Source: Vulcanimicrobiota bacterium
Lineage (GTDB): Bacteria; Vulcanimicrobiota; Vulcanimicrobiia; Vulcanimicrobiales; Vulcanimicrobiaceae
Length of the DNA: 64,000 nucleotides
Assembly (NCBI GenBank): GCA_963695225.1
Contig: OY968762.1
Span: forward strand, 2,048,001 to 2,112,000
Direction of reading: 5' to 3'
How positions within the stretch are numbered: the stretch's first letter is position 1; the number at the start of each line of letters is the position of its first letter. The notes under the pieces were generated by a model that searched no databases, was not told the DNA's origin, and saw only the letters and a program-made list of their open reading frames with translations. Position numbers and translations under genes: made by a program. This document shows positions 27,106 through 38,016 of this stretch, in pieces.

Positions 27106-28758
27106 TTATGCGATTTTCGCTTCGTGGCTCACGGCTGAAGCGAGCAACGTCTTGTACCCGACGCTGGGGAACAAGACGGTTACGAAGTCTTTCTCCGTGC
27201 GCTCGATCGTGCCTTGCCCGAACTTCGGGTGCGTGACGACGTCCGCGATTCGAAATCCGGAGGGCGCCGGCGCCGACCGTGCGGGTGCCGGGCGCTCGGC
27301 GCGCTTGCGGCAATTGTCGCACGCGCCGCAACCTTCGCGTTCGAACTCCTCGCCGAAGTAGTTCAGGATGAACTTGCGGCGACAGGCGTCGGTCTCGCAG
27401 TACTGCAACACCATCGCGAGCTTGCTCTGATCGTACGCTTTCTTCGTCTCGTAGTTCGCGAGATTGAGAACGAGTGCCGGGTTCTTTTTGGCCTGCGGCG
27501 TCAGCGCGTAGCGCGAGCGGCTGCGCAGTTGGATGAACTCGGCCTTCTTGAGCAGGGCTAGGACGACTTTGAGCTTCGTCAGCGGCAGGAGCGAGATCTT
27601 GCGCAAGTCCGTTAGCGAGACGCCGCCTTCTTGCGTGTCGAAGTAGTCCAGCGTCGCGTAGACTTTCTGCACTTCCTCGATCGCGGGGTACTTCCCGGTG
27701 AGGAAGTAGTTTTGAACGCGCGTATCGCTCATTCGGTAGAGCAGGATGCAGCGCGAGCGATCGCCGTCGCGACCGGCGCGCCCCGCTTCCTGCGTGTAGG
27801 CTTCGACCGAACCCGGCAGATCGTAGTGGATCACGAAGCGGATGTTCGGCTTGTCGATTCCGAGGCCGAAGGCGTTCGTCGCGACGACTGCGCGGATCGT
27901 CTCGTTCATGAACAGCTCGTGCACGGAGACGCGATCGTGCTTCTGCAACTTCGAGTGATAGACCGCGGCCGGCAGGTCGAGCGCGTCGTGTAGGAACCGC
28001 TGCACTTCGAGCGCGTTCTTGATCGTCGCGGTGTAGATGATCCCGGTGCCGTCGAGGCTGCGCGCGGTGAACAGCTCGCGCAGGTGCTTGAGCTTCGCGC
28101 TCTCGTTCTCGGAACGGAGGACTTCGTACTGGAGGTTCGGGCGGTCGAAGCCCTTGACGATCGTCTTCGTCCCGGGGATGCCGAGTTGGATCAGGATGTC
28201 TTCCCGCACCGCGGGCGTGGCCGTAGCCGTAAGCGCGAGGACCGTGGGGTGCCCGAGCTCCGCGATCGCGTGCGCGAGCGCGAGGTATGCGGGCCGGAAA
28301 TCGTGCCCCCACGCGCTGATGCAGTGCGCCTCGTCGACGACGAACAGCGGGACGTGCAGCGCCTTGAGGATCGAGATGAACGCCTCGTCCTCGAGCTTCT
28401 CCGGCGTTACGAACACGATCTTGATCGCGCCGCTGCGAATCCGTTCGAGCGCGAGCAGTTCCTGGTCTTCGCCGAGCGTCGAGTTCAGCGCGATCGTCTC
28501 GTTGACGCCGAGCGCGGAGAGCATATCGAGCTGATCTTTCATCAGCGCGATCAGCGGGCTGACGACGACGGTCGTCCCTCGCAGGAGCATCGCGGGCAGC
28601 TGGTAGCACAGGCTCTTCCCGGCGCCCGTCGCCAAAATCGCAAGCGTGTCTTGACCGTCGAGCACGCGCTTGACGATCTCTTCTTGGCCCGGGTTGAAGC
28701 GCTCGAATCCGAAGACTCGGGTGAGCGCCTCTTCTAACTCCTCGGGTCGGGTCGGCAC
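27106..28758 (-). CDS. recQ: RecQ family DNA helicase (no HRDC; C-terminal Tudor-like domain)
   Basis: TGAGKSLCYQLPA, VDEAHCISAWGHDFRP, ATNAFGLGIDK, QEAGRAGRDG, CRR...CGACDNC zinc site. GTG start at 28758 inferred. Confidence 0.92.
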   Translation of the reverse strand: MPTRPEELEEALTRVFGFERFNPGQEEIVKRVLDGQDTLAILATGAGKSLCYQLPAMLLRGTTVVVSPLIALMKDQLDMLSALGVNETIALNSTLGEDQELLALERIRSGAIKIVFVTPEKLEDEAFISILKALHVPLFVVDEAHCISAWGHDFRPAYLALAHAIAELGHPTVLALTATATPAVREDILIQLGIPGTKTIVKGFDRPNLQYEVLRSENESAKLKHLRELFTARSLDGTGIIYTATIKNALEVQRFLHDALDLPAAVYHSKLQKHDRVSVHELFMNETIRAVVATNAFGLGIDKPNIRFVIHYDLPGSVEAYTQEAGRAGRDGDRSRCILLYRMSDTRVQNYFLTGKYPAIEEVQKVYATLDYFDTQEGGVSLTDLRKISLLPLTKLKVVLALLKKAEFIQLRSRSRYALTPQAKKNPALVLNLANYETKKAYDQSKLAMVLQYCETDACRRKFILNYFGEEFEREGCGACDNCRKRAERPAPARSAPAPSGFRIADVVTHPKFGQGTIERTEKDFVTVLFPSVGYKTLLASAVSHEAKIA

Positions 28759-28888
28759 GCTTCTCTCTCGCTTTCGAATAATACAACGCTCGGCAACGGC
28801 TATTAGCTTCGTTGCTGGACGGACGGTACTCAGGTACCCCGGCGCCAAGCTGTCCAAACAGGGTAGGTTCTCCGCCCGGCCTAAGTCA

Positions 28889-30532
28889 ATGGTCGTGTCT
28901 CTCTATCGAACGTGGCGTCCGAAGTCGTTCGCCGAGCTGGTCGGGCAGGACGCGGTAGTGCGCACGCTTCGAACGGCGCTGACCGGCGGGAAGCTCGCGC
29001 ACGCGTACCTCTTCTCCGGCCCGCGCGGGAGCGGCAAGACCTCGGCTGCCAAGATACTGGCGCGCTGCATCAATTGCGAGCGCGGGCCGACCGCCGACCC
29101 CGACAACACCTGCCCGAATTGCCGGGCGATCTTAGCCGGGACGGCGATCGACGTGCTGGAGATCGACGCGGCGAGCAATCGCGGGATCGAAGACATCCGG
29201 ACGATTCGGGAAGCCGTCAAGTTCGCGCCGTCGGCCATGCGCTCCAAGGTCTACATCGTCGACGAAGCGCACATGCTGACTCGCGAGGGCGCGAACGCGT
29301 TCTTGAAGACGCTGGAAGAGCCGCCGCCGCACGTCGTCTTCATCCTGGCGACGACCGAACCCGAGAAGCTCCCGCCGACGATTCTCTCGCGCTGCCAGCG
29401 CTACGCGTTCCGGCGCATCCCGGTCGCGACGATGATCGAGCAGATGCGGGGGATCGCGGCTGCCGAATCGATCGCGATCGACGACGCCGCACTCGGTGCG
29501 ATCGCCTACCGGGCCGACGGGGGCTTGCGGGACGCGTTGACGATGCTGGAGCAGGTCGCGGCCTTCGCGGACGGCCCGGTCGACGCGGCGACGGTGGACG
29601 CGGCCTTCGGGTCGAGCGGCCGGCAATTCGCGCGGGCGCTCGCCGCGGCCGTTCTCGAGAACGATGCGGCCGCCGCCTTGCGCGTCATCGACGAGGCGAG
29701 CGACGCGGGGACCGACATGCTCGCGTTGACGCGCGCGACGATCGGCGAGTACCGTCACCTCCTCGTCGCGCGGATCAATCCCGAGCTCCTCGCGCGGGAC
29801 CTCTCGCCGGGCGACGCCGAGGCGGCGCAAGCAATGGCGGCGCGAACGCCGCAGCCGAAGGTGATACGCGGGTTGCGCCTGCTCGGCGACGCGCTCGGGG
29901 CGGCCCGGCTCTCCGGGAATCCGCGCCTCGAACTGGAGACCGCGGTGCTTCGGCTCGCCGTCCTCGGCGAGGATCCGACGCTCGATGCCCTGGCGACGCG
30001 CGTCCAGCTCCTGGAGAGCCGCCTCGAAGGCCGCGAGCCCGCCGTCCCGCAGCCCGCCCCTCCGCCGCCCCGGCCCGCTCCGCCGATCTCGGCCGCGCCG
30101 GCGGCGCCCGTCACGCCCCCTCCCGCGGACCCGGCACCGGTCGATGCCGCGCCCGAGCCGACGCTGCAGCGGGTCCGCTCGCTCTGGCCGAGCGTGCGCA
30201 CGCGGGCCGAAGGGGAGAAGATGTCGATGCGCGCCGCGCTCTCTCGCGCCATCGTCGACGAGCTCGACGGCAAGGTCCTCACGCTGCGTTTGGCGGACGA
30301 GTCGATGGCAAGCTTCCTGCGCGACAACCTGACGATCCTCGAACGCGCGGTGGCGGACGCGCTCGGGACGAAGCTCGCAATCGCCGTCCGCGTCGACGGC
30401 GCGCCCCGGGCGGCGCGCCCCGCCGCGGTCCACTCCGCGAAACCCGCGGAGAGCGAACCCATCGACGCCTCGCTCGGACTCTTGGAATACGCAAAGCTGA
30501 AATTCGGCGGAACGGAGTACGGAGAATCATGA
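28889..30532 (+). CDS. dnaX: DNA polymerase III subunit gamma/tau
   Basis: SLYRTWRP, GPRGSGKTS, EIDAASNRG, DEAHML, LKTLEEPP, SRCQ. Confidence 0.95.
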   Translation: MVVSLYRTWRPKSFAELVGQDAVVRTLRTALTGGKLAHAYLFSGPRGSGKTSAAKILARCINCERGPTADPDNTCPNCRAILAGTAIDVLEIDAASNRGIEDIRTIREAVKFAPSAMRSKVYIVDEAHMLTREGANAFLKTLEEPPPHVVFILATTEPEKLPPTILSRCQRYAFRRIPVATMIEQMRGIAAAESIAIDDAALGAIAYRADGGLRDALTMLEQVAAFADGPVDAATVDAAFGSSGRQFARALAAAVLENDAAAALRVIDEASDAGTDMLALTRATIGEYRHLLVARINPELLARDLSPGDAEAAQAMAARTPQPKVIRGLRLLGDALGAARLSGNPRLELETAVLRLAVLGEDPTLDALATRVQLLESRLEGREPAVPQPAPPPPRPAPPISAAPAAPVTPPPADPAPVDAAPEPTLQRVRSLWPSVRTRAEGEKMSMRAALSRAIVDELDGKVLTLRLADESMASFLRDNLTILERAVADALGTKLAIAVRVDGAPRAARPAAVHSAKPAESEPIDASLGLLEYAKLKFGGTEYGES

Positions 30533-30837
30533 ATCAGAACCAGATGATGCAACAAGTCCGCCGGATGCAGGCGGAGATGGAAAAGGCGCAAGATGAGCTC
30601 GCCAATACGACCGTCTCGGCGAGCTCCGGCGGCGGGGCCGTTTCGGTCGTGATGGCATGCAATCACGCCGTGCAATCGGTGAAGCTTGCCCCGGAGGTCG
30701 TCGACCCGAACGATATCGAGACGCTCGAGGATCTGCTCGTCGTCGCGATCAACGAGGCGACCGCGAAGGCGCAGGAGACGTCGAACCGGCGGCTCGGCGC
30801 GGTGACCGGCGGAATCAAGATCCCGGGGATCATGTAG
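30529..30837 (+). CDS. ybaB: YbaB/EbfC nucleoid-associated protein
   Basis: QMMQQVRRMQAEM, SSGGGAV, DIETLEDLLVVAINEA; between dnaX and recR. Confidence 0.93.
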   Translation: MNQNQMMQQVRRMQAEMEKAQDELANTTVSASSGGGAVSVVMACNHAVQSVKLAPEVVDPNDIETLEDLLVVAINEATAKAQETSNRRLGAVTGGIKIPGIM

Positions 30838-31440
30838 CTGGCAAACCCGATCGCGGGCCCCGTTCAAAGCCTGATCAACGAGTTCAGCAAGCTTCCGACC
30901 GTGGGCCCGAAGACCGCCGCGCGGCTCGTCTTCCATCTCCTCAACCGTCCGCGCGCCGAGGCGCAAGCGCTCGCCGACGCGATCCTCGCGCTCAAGGATC
31001 GCGTCCGTTTGTGTTCGCGTTGCTTTTCGATCACCGAGGAGGATCCGTGCGCGATCTGCGGAGACGTCCGGCGAGATGCCGGCGTGCTGTGCGTCGTCGC
31101 GGAGGCGAAGGACGTCTTCGCGATCGAGCGGACCTCGGCGTTCCGCGGGCGCTATCACGTCCTCGGCGGTTTGATCTCGCCGATGGACGGCGTGGGGCCG
31201 GCGCAGCTTCGCATCAAGGAATTGATCGAACGGGTCGGGCGCGAGGGCGCAGCGGAAGTCATCGTCGCGACTAATCCGAACGCTGAAGGCGAGGCGACCG
31301 CGCTCTACCTGTGCCGCCTGATCGCGCCGAGCGGCGTCCGCGTGACGCGCCTCGCGTACGGCCTGCCGATCGGCGGCGACCTCGACTACGCGGACGAGGT
31401 GACGCTGGCGAAAGCGCTCGAAGGACGCCGCGTGATGTGA
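30838..31440 (+). CDS. recR: Recombination mediator RecR
   Basis: LINEFSKLPTVGPKTAARL, CSRC...CAIC, YHVLGG, ATNPNAEGEATA. The N-terminal helix lies upstream of the ORF-track start, implying a CTG start at 30838. Confidence 0.95.
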   Translation: MANPIAGPVQSLINEFSKLPTVGPKTAARLVFHLLNRPRAEAQALADAILALKDRVRLCSRCFSITEEDPCAICGDVRRDAGVLCVVAEAKDVFAIERTSAFRGRYHVLGGLISPMDGVGPAQLRIKELIERVGREGAAEVIVATNPNAEGEATALYLCRLIAPSGVRVTRLAYGLPIGGDLDYADEVTLAKALEGRRVM

Positions 31441-31455
31441 ACTGGCCCCCGCGCG

Positions 31456-32139
31456 CTAGTCGCGCGAGCGGCGCGAGAACAGCGTGAGGTAGTAGAGCAG
31501 CGTCCCGATCGATTGGAGGGCCGCGGCGACGTACGTCAGGGCGGCCGCTTGCAGCACCTTCTCCGCGCCGCCGAGTTCGGCGCCTTGCAGCACGCCGTTC
31601 GCGCGCAGCAGGATCAGCCCGCGGCGGCTCGCGTCGAACTCGACCGGGAGCGTCACGAGCGAGAAGACGGCGGCGCCGCTGAACGCCGCGATGCCGATCA
31701 GCGCGAGCGGCTGCGAGTTGAGGTAGAGCCCGGCGATGAACATCAGCGGGCCGACCCATGCCCCCACGCTCACCGCGGGGACGATCGCGCCCCGCAGCTT
31801 GAGCGGCCCATAGCCCTCGGCGTCCTGGAGCGCGTGCCCCATTTCGTGCGCGACGACCGCGACGGAGGCGATCGACGCATCGACCGACGTTTCGGAGAGG
31901 TTGATCGTCTTGTTTCGCGGGTCGTAGTAGTCGGTGAGCGAGCCGCCCGTTCGCTCGACGCCGATGCGCAGCCCCGAGGCGGACATGAACGTCTGCGCGG
32001 CTTCGACGCCGGTGACGCCGCTCGAGGTCGGCACGCGCGCGTAGCGGCCGAACGTGCTGCGCAGCGAGAACTGGGCCCACATGCCGAGCAGCAGCCCCGG
32101 GAGCGCGAAGACGAGGTAGACCGGATCGAAATAGAACAC
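31456..32139 (-). CDS. Zinc metallopeptidase (YugP/Zn_peptidase_2 family)
   Basis: LTDYYDP, AHEMGHALQ, TLPVEFDASRR, AAALTYVAA. Confidence 0.9.
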   Translation of the reverse strand: MFYFDPVYLVFALPGLLLGMWAQFSLRSTFGRYARVPTSSGVTGVEAAQTFMSASGLRIGVERTGGSLTDYYDPRNKTINLSETSVDASIASVAVVAHEMGHALQDAEGYGPLKLRGAIVPAVSVGAWVGPLMFIAGLYLNSQPLALIGIAAFSGAAVFSLVTLPVEFDASRRGLILLRANGVLQGAELGGAEKVLQAAALTYVAAALQSIGTLLYYLTLFSRRSRD

Positions 32140-32179
32140 GAGCTCCTGATTCTACCCGGCAATGCGGAGCCGAGTTTCA

Positions 32180-32821
32180 TTACGAGCCGAGCACGACCTC
32201 GCTGCCCGCCACGAACGTCCCGGGACGTTCGACGTGCGCGTAGATTCCGAGGATCGAAGCGCGCCGCTCGACGACGGCGCGCAAGATGCGCGGATCCGGC
32301 CGGCCGTCTTCGACGTCGTAGCTCGTCGTCACGCAGCGAACGATCGGCGCCGTAACGCGCAGACGGACGTCGGAAATCTCGAGCACGCGGCCGGCGAGCT
32401 CCGCTTCGCCGGGGCAGCGCCGGCCGGCGGCTGCCCGGACGAACAGATTCGGGCGGTAGCGGCGCGGATCGAGAGCGACGCCGAGGGCGTCTTCAAGCTC
32501 GTTCAGCCATGCGTCGCAAACGAGCGAGATAGGGGAATCGTCGAAGAACGGGCCGTCGAAGCGCGGTTCGAGGGCGACGCCGCGTTCCGCCGCGACGGCG
32601 AGCGCTCCGGCGGTACTCGTCTGCAGATGGAGCAGGTTGTCTTCCTTACCGCGGTAGGTCTTGCCGCTGCGCGCGTGCCCCGGCGCGGCCACGAAGAGGG
32701 CCGCGCGGCGGTCGCCGGAAATCCCCGCCGCATCGGCCGGCGCGAGGGCGAGCGCCTCGCCGCGCAGGCTCTTCACCGGGTAACGCCAGATCTGTTCGAG
32801 CGTTCCGAGGATCATCGTCAC
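32180..32821 (-). CDS. MOSC domain protein
   Basis: IWRYPVKSLRGE, GDR, RRYRPNL, RC, GIYA.V..PG. Confidence 0.85.
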   Translation of the reverse strand: MTMILGTLEQIWRYPVKSLRGEALALAPADAAGISGDRRAALFVAAPGHARSGKTYRGKEDNLLHLQTSTAGALAVAAERGVALEPRFDGPFFDDSPISLVCDAWLNELEDALGVALDPRRYRPNLFVRAAAGRRCPGEAELAGRVLEISDVRLRVTAPIVRCVTTSYDVEDGRPDPRILRAVVERRASILGIYAHVERPGTFVAGSEVVLGS

Positions 32822-32875
32822 TCCGGGGCTGCGCCGACGGGAGCCGCGCACGGCGCGCGGCGAAACGTTGTCGGA

Positions 32876-33856
32876 GTGATCGCTTCGACGGACAACGCGC
32901 CGGCTCTTCGGCCTCTCGGCGTCGGAGAGTTGCTCGACCGTGCGGTGACCCTCTGCGTGAGCCGGCTGGGCACGTTCGCTCTGATCTATCTCGCGTTTGC
33001 GATCCCGCTCGCGATCTTCCAATTCTACGGAACGAGCGATCAATCGAAGGTCGTCTCCGCGATCGTCGATGCGTTTCGGAATGCGGGCGGGAGAGCGCCC
33101 GATCCGGCGGCGCTCAACCGCGCGCTCGGCTCCGCGCCGATGAACGCGTACACCTACTTGTTCTACTTTTTCACGGTCGTCGTCGCTCCGCTCCCCGCTG
33201 CGGCGCTGATCTCCGCGACGTCGCGCGCCTATCTCGGCGAACGAGTCACGTTCGGCGAAGCGTACGCCGTCGCGCTGCGCAAGTGGCTCCCGCTCCTCGG
33301 CGTCGAACTGCTCTATGCCGTCGCGGGCGCGACCGCCTATTTGTTCGCGCTGTTCGCCGGGATCGTGCTGGCGCTCTTGCTCGTTTTGCTCGCGACGGTC
33401 GCGCGTTGGGCCGCCGTCGCAGCGGCGGTCGCGCTCGGTCTCGGGTTCGTCGTTGCAATCGTGTGCGCCGCGACCCTCGTCGTGCTCGCGCTTCAGATTT
33501 CGTTCTTCGCCTGCGTCGTGGAACGCGAGCCGTTCATCGCCGCATTCGCGACCGGGCTGCGGCGCGTCTTCGGCGGGGGGCGGATTTGGCGCTCGCTGGC
33601 CGTCGGCGCCGCATACCTTTCGATTTCGATCGGCATCCTGCTCGTCGCGGGGGCCGGCCAATCGATCCTGCTCGGCTTGATGCGCAACAACGTCCTAGGG
33701 ACGGCCTACGGGGCGTTCCTGCGCGTCGGCACGGTCGCGTTCACGACCGCGTTCATGGCGATCTACTACTACGACGTGCGCGTGCGCTCGGAGGGGCTCG
33801 ACCTTGCGCTCGAGGCGCAGCGGTCGAGCTTCCTGGCGGACGCCGGCGCCGGATGA
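32876..33856 (+). CDS. Integral membrane protein of the MoxR-associated cluster (GDPD membrane-anchor-like)
   Basis: LRPLGVGELLDRA N-terminus and YYYDVRVRSEGLDL C-terminus; multiple TM segments. Confidence 0.75.
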   Translation: MIASTDNAPALRPLGVGELLDRAVTLCVSRLGTFALIYLAFAIPLAIFQFYGTSDQSKVVSAIVDAFRNAGGRAPDPAALNRALGSAPMNAYTYLFYFFTVVVAPLPAAALISATSRAYLGERVTFGEAYAVALRKWLPLLGVELLYAVAGATAYLFALFAGIVLALLLVLLATVARWAAVAAAVALGLGFVVAIVCAATLVVLALQISFFACVVEREPFIAAFATGLRRVFGGGRIWRSLAVGAAYLSISIGILLVAGAGQSILLGLMRNNVLGTAYGAFLRVGTVAFTTAFMAIYYYDVRVRSEGLDLALEAQRSSFLADAGAG

Positions 33857-34506
33857 CCGAACGGTGGCCGCACGGCGACCCCGACGCCGTCATCCGTTCG
33901 ATCTTGAGCGATCCAGCCTACGCGGTGCGCGCGGCACACGGCGCGGCACGCGAACCGTCGTTGTGGGAACGCTTCCTGCAGTGGGCGCAGGACGCGGTGC
34001 GCCCGCTCGTCGAGCGCCTCTCCGGCCTGCTCGGGGGCTCTTCGGCGGCCGGCTCCTTCCTCGGTTACGTGCTGATCGGCGCCGCGTTTGCGGGGCTCGT
34101 GTTTTTGCTCGTGCGGATCCTGCGCGCCTATTACGAGCGCGCGCCGGAGCGAAGCCCGCGCCCGCGCGCGCTTCTTCTCGAAGAAGAACGGACGTACGAC
34201 GAGTGGCGCGCGTTCGCGGCGGAGTGCGCCCAGCGCGGCGACTACGCTCGCGCGATCCGTGCCCTGTTCGATGCCGCGCTGGCGGGACTGCACGAGTGCG
34301 GGCTCGTTCCCTTCGATCCGGCCCGCACGCCCGGCGAATACCGCAGGCTCGTGCGCGGCGCACGAGCCGCGGTCGCGCCCGCCTTCGACTCGCTGGCCGA
34401 ACGCTTCGTGTACGCGAGCTACGCGCCGGTCGCACCCGAGCGTGCCGATTTCGAAGCGGCCGCGCGCGCGTTCTCAGCGCTCGAGCCCGAATTGCGGCGC
34501 GCGTGA
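33853..34506 (+). CDS. DUF4129 domain protein
   Basis: One TM, then GDYARAIRALF...RTPGEY...F....Y; ATGA overlap. Confidence 0.75.
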   Translation: MTERWPHGDPDAVIRSILSDPAYAVRAAHGAAREPSLWERFLQWAQDAVRPLVERLSGLLGGSSAAGSFLGYVLIGAAFAGLVFLLVRILRAYYERAPERSPRPRALLLEEERTYDEWRAFAAECAQRGDYARAIRALFDAALAGLHECGLVPFDPARTPGEYRRLVRGARAAVAPAFDSLAERFVYASYAPVAPERADFEAAARAFSALEPELRRA

Positions 34507-35676
34507 AAGCGCGGCTTCGCGGGCTGCCGGTCGGGCAAATCGCGCTCGTCGCGTGCCTCGTCGGGATCCTCGGCATCCTCTCCGCGAACACCGAGCAGCC
34601 GGACGAAGGGCCGCGCTCCGATACCTACTCGAGCTCCGATGCGGCCCCGGGCGGTTACCGCGCGTGGTACGCGCTCCTGCTGCGTCAAGGCGTCGGCGCC
34701 GCACGCTTCGAGGAACGTCCGGCGTTTCTCGACGCTTCGGTCGATACGCTGATCTTCTCGGAGCCGTCGTCCGACGCATTGACCGGCGGCCACACGCGCG
34801 CCGACGACGACGCGCTCGCCGACTGGGTGCATGCCGGCGGCCGGCTCGTCGTTCTGGGGGCGGATCGCTTCTTCGAACGCGACAAGGCGGCACCCAAGCA
34901 GCCTGCCGCGCCGCCGCCTCCGAAGCGGGCGGCCCCCGCCGCAGCCGCAGAACGTCCGATGACGGAGATCGCACCGCAGTGGCGCGCGGCGGGCGTCGCC
35001 CGGCTCGTCAGCGCGGCCGTCGAGCGCTACCGCCCGCGCTCCGGGGAACGCGTTCTCGCGAGCGACGCGCTCGGCGCGCTCGCCGTGCGATACGCGTACG
35101 GCAAGGGGGAGGTCATCGCCGTAGCCGACCGGACGCTGTTCGCGAACCGGCGCATCGCGACCGGGGACCACGCGCGTTTGGCGTACCTGCTCGGGACGCC
35201 GCGCGTCGCGGGCGCGCGCACCGCGTTCGATGAGAGCGTCCACGGCTACGTGGCGCCCGAACATTGGTGGACGATCGTGCCGCGGCCGCTCCTCGTCGCG
35301 ATTCTGATCGTCCTCGCGACGCTCGCGCTCGCACTGCTCGGCGCTGCGATCCGGCTCGGCCCGCCGATCGCCGCCGGGCGGCCGCGCGAGCCGACGTCGG
35401 CGGAGTTCATCGATTCGCTCGCGGCCCTGCTGGCGCGCGGCGGGGCGAGCCGCAAGGCTCTCCGCGACACGTACCGCGCGACGCGCCGCACGCTCGCAAC
35501 CGCGCTCGGCATTCCGGAGGATGCGCCGGCGGAGCGGATCGCCGCGCGGATCGAGCGCGCGGACCTGCGAGGCAACTTCCTGGAACTTGCGAAGCTCAGT
35601 GAATCGGCGAGCGGCCCCTCGAACCTCGTGCGCGGCGCGGCTCTCGCGCACCATTTGCGAAAGGAATTCGGCACGA

Positions 35677-35696
<20 letters not shown>
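34503..35696 (+). CDS. DUF4350 domain protein
   Basis: YSS...PGGYRA, WVHAGGRLV, GKGEVI...FAN, FDESVHG, TM then RLGP. Confidence 0.75.
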
Positions 35697-36654
<958 letters not shown>

Positions 36655-36662
36655 GGCGCGCG

Positions 36663-37994
36663 ATGCGCGCGCCGTTCCCCGCCGTCTGGCTCTCCGCGCG
36701 CGGCATCTGGGCGCTCCTCGGGCTCGGGCTGCTGGTCGCGCTCGCGAGCTTGGTGCCCGCCCTCGCGATCGTTTCGATCGCGGCCGGCGCGCTTACGGCG
36801 GCGGCCCTCGTCGTCGATTTTCTCTACGGGCCCGGGCCGCGCGCGCTCCGCATCTCACGCGATCCCGTCGAATACGTCGCGTTGCGGCGCCGCGCGCACG
36901 TCACGTATCGCATCGAGAATCGCAGCGAGCTCGGGGTGCGCGTCGGAATCCTCGAAACGCCGGTCGCCGCGCTCGATTTCGACGCCGACGCGCTCGAGGT
37001 CGCGCTCGAGCCGCGCTCCCGCACGGCGGCGACGCAAACGTTCCTGCCGCGCGAGCGCGGCAGGGCCCGCTTCGGGACGATCTACGCGTGGGCGGAGAAC
37101 AGGCTCGGCTTGCTGCGCCGCCGCTTCGCGTTCGAGGGCGCGCAGGACGTGCGCGTCTTCCCCGCTCTCTCCGCCGTCGAAGGCTACGGGCTGCTCGCGC
37201 GGCGCAGCACGCTGCTCGACGCGGGCTTGCGCAAGATGCGCCGGCGCGGCGCCGGGAACGAATTCGAGAGCCTGCGCGAGTACGCGGACGGGGACGCGTT
37301 CCGGACGATCGATTGGAAGGCGACGGCACACCGCGGCCGCCTGATGGTCGCGCAACACGAGGTCGAACGGAGCCAAAACGTCCTCGTCGTCCTCGATGCC
37401 GGCCGTATGATGTGGCCGCGCGTCGGCGCGCAGAGGAAGTTCGATTACGCGGTCACGGCCGCGCTCTCCGTCGCGAAGATCGCGCAGGCCGCCGGCGACA
37501 ACGTCGGGCTGATCGCGTTCGGGGCGAAGCCGCTGCTCACGCTCGCGCCGCGCCGCGGGGCGGCGCACGTCAACGCGCTCGCGCAAGCGGTCTACGACCT
37601 TCAGCCGCGGCTCGAAGAACCGGACTACGAGCTGACGTTCGCCGAGATCCGGCGCCGTTACGGCAAGCGCAGCCTGATCGTGCTCTTCACCGACATGTTC
37701 GATCCCGCAGCCTCCGCGAACGTGCTTTCGGGCCTCGCGATCCTCACGCCGCCGCATCTCGTCATGTGCGTCCTCATGAACGACGCGGCGATCTCGGCCG
37801 CGCTCGCGGCGGAGCCGCGCGACGAAGACGCCGCGTACCGCGCGAGCGTGGCGCTAACGCTCCTCGAAGAGCGCGGCCGGGCGATCGCGACGCTCCGCGC
37901 GCGCGGCATCATCGTCCTCGACGTTCCGGCGGCGGAGTTGACCGTCGCGCTCTTGGACGCCTATCTGGACGCCAAGGGGCGGGGCCTCCTGTAG
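36663..37994 (+). CDS. DUF58 (vWA-like) protein
   Basis: EFESLREY..GD...IDWKATA, LDAGRMM, RSLIVLFTD; follows the MoxR gene. Confidence 0.9.
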   Translation: MRAPFPAVWLSARGIWALLGLGLLVALASLVPALAIVSIAAGALTAAALVVDFLYGPGPRALRISRDPVEYVALRRRAHVTYRIENRSELGVRVGILETPVAALDFDADALEVALEPRSRTAATQTFLPRERGRARFGTIYAWAENRLGLLRRRFAFEGAQDVRVFPALSAVEGYGLLARRSTLLDAGLRKMRRRGAGNEFESLREYADGDAFRTIDWKATAHRGRLMVAQHEVERSQNVLVVLDAGRMMWPRVGAQRKFDYAVTAALSVAKIAQAAGDNVGLIAFGAKPLLTLAPRRGAAHVNALAQAVYDLQPRLEEPDYELTFAEIRRRYGKRSLIVLFTDMFDPAASANVLSGLAILTPPHLVMCVLMNDAAISAALAAEPRDEDAAYRASVALTLLEERGRAIATLRARGIIVLDVPAAELTVALLDAYLDAKGRGLL

Positions 37995-38016
37995 CGCACC
38001 TCCCCGGCGCCCGGCC

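Noticed and set aside
28760..28890. SRP RNA (ffs) upstream of dnaX
   Set aside because: Lacks the conserved domain IV CAGG...GGAA...AGCAG pattern.
28889..30532. Programmed -1 frameshift or slippage site in dnaX
   Set aside because: No AAAAAAG heptamer or long A run seen in the gene.
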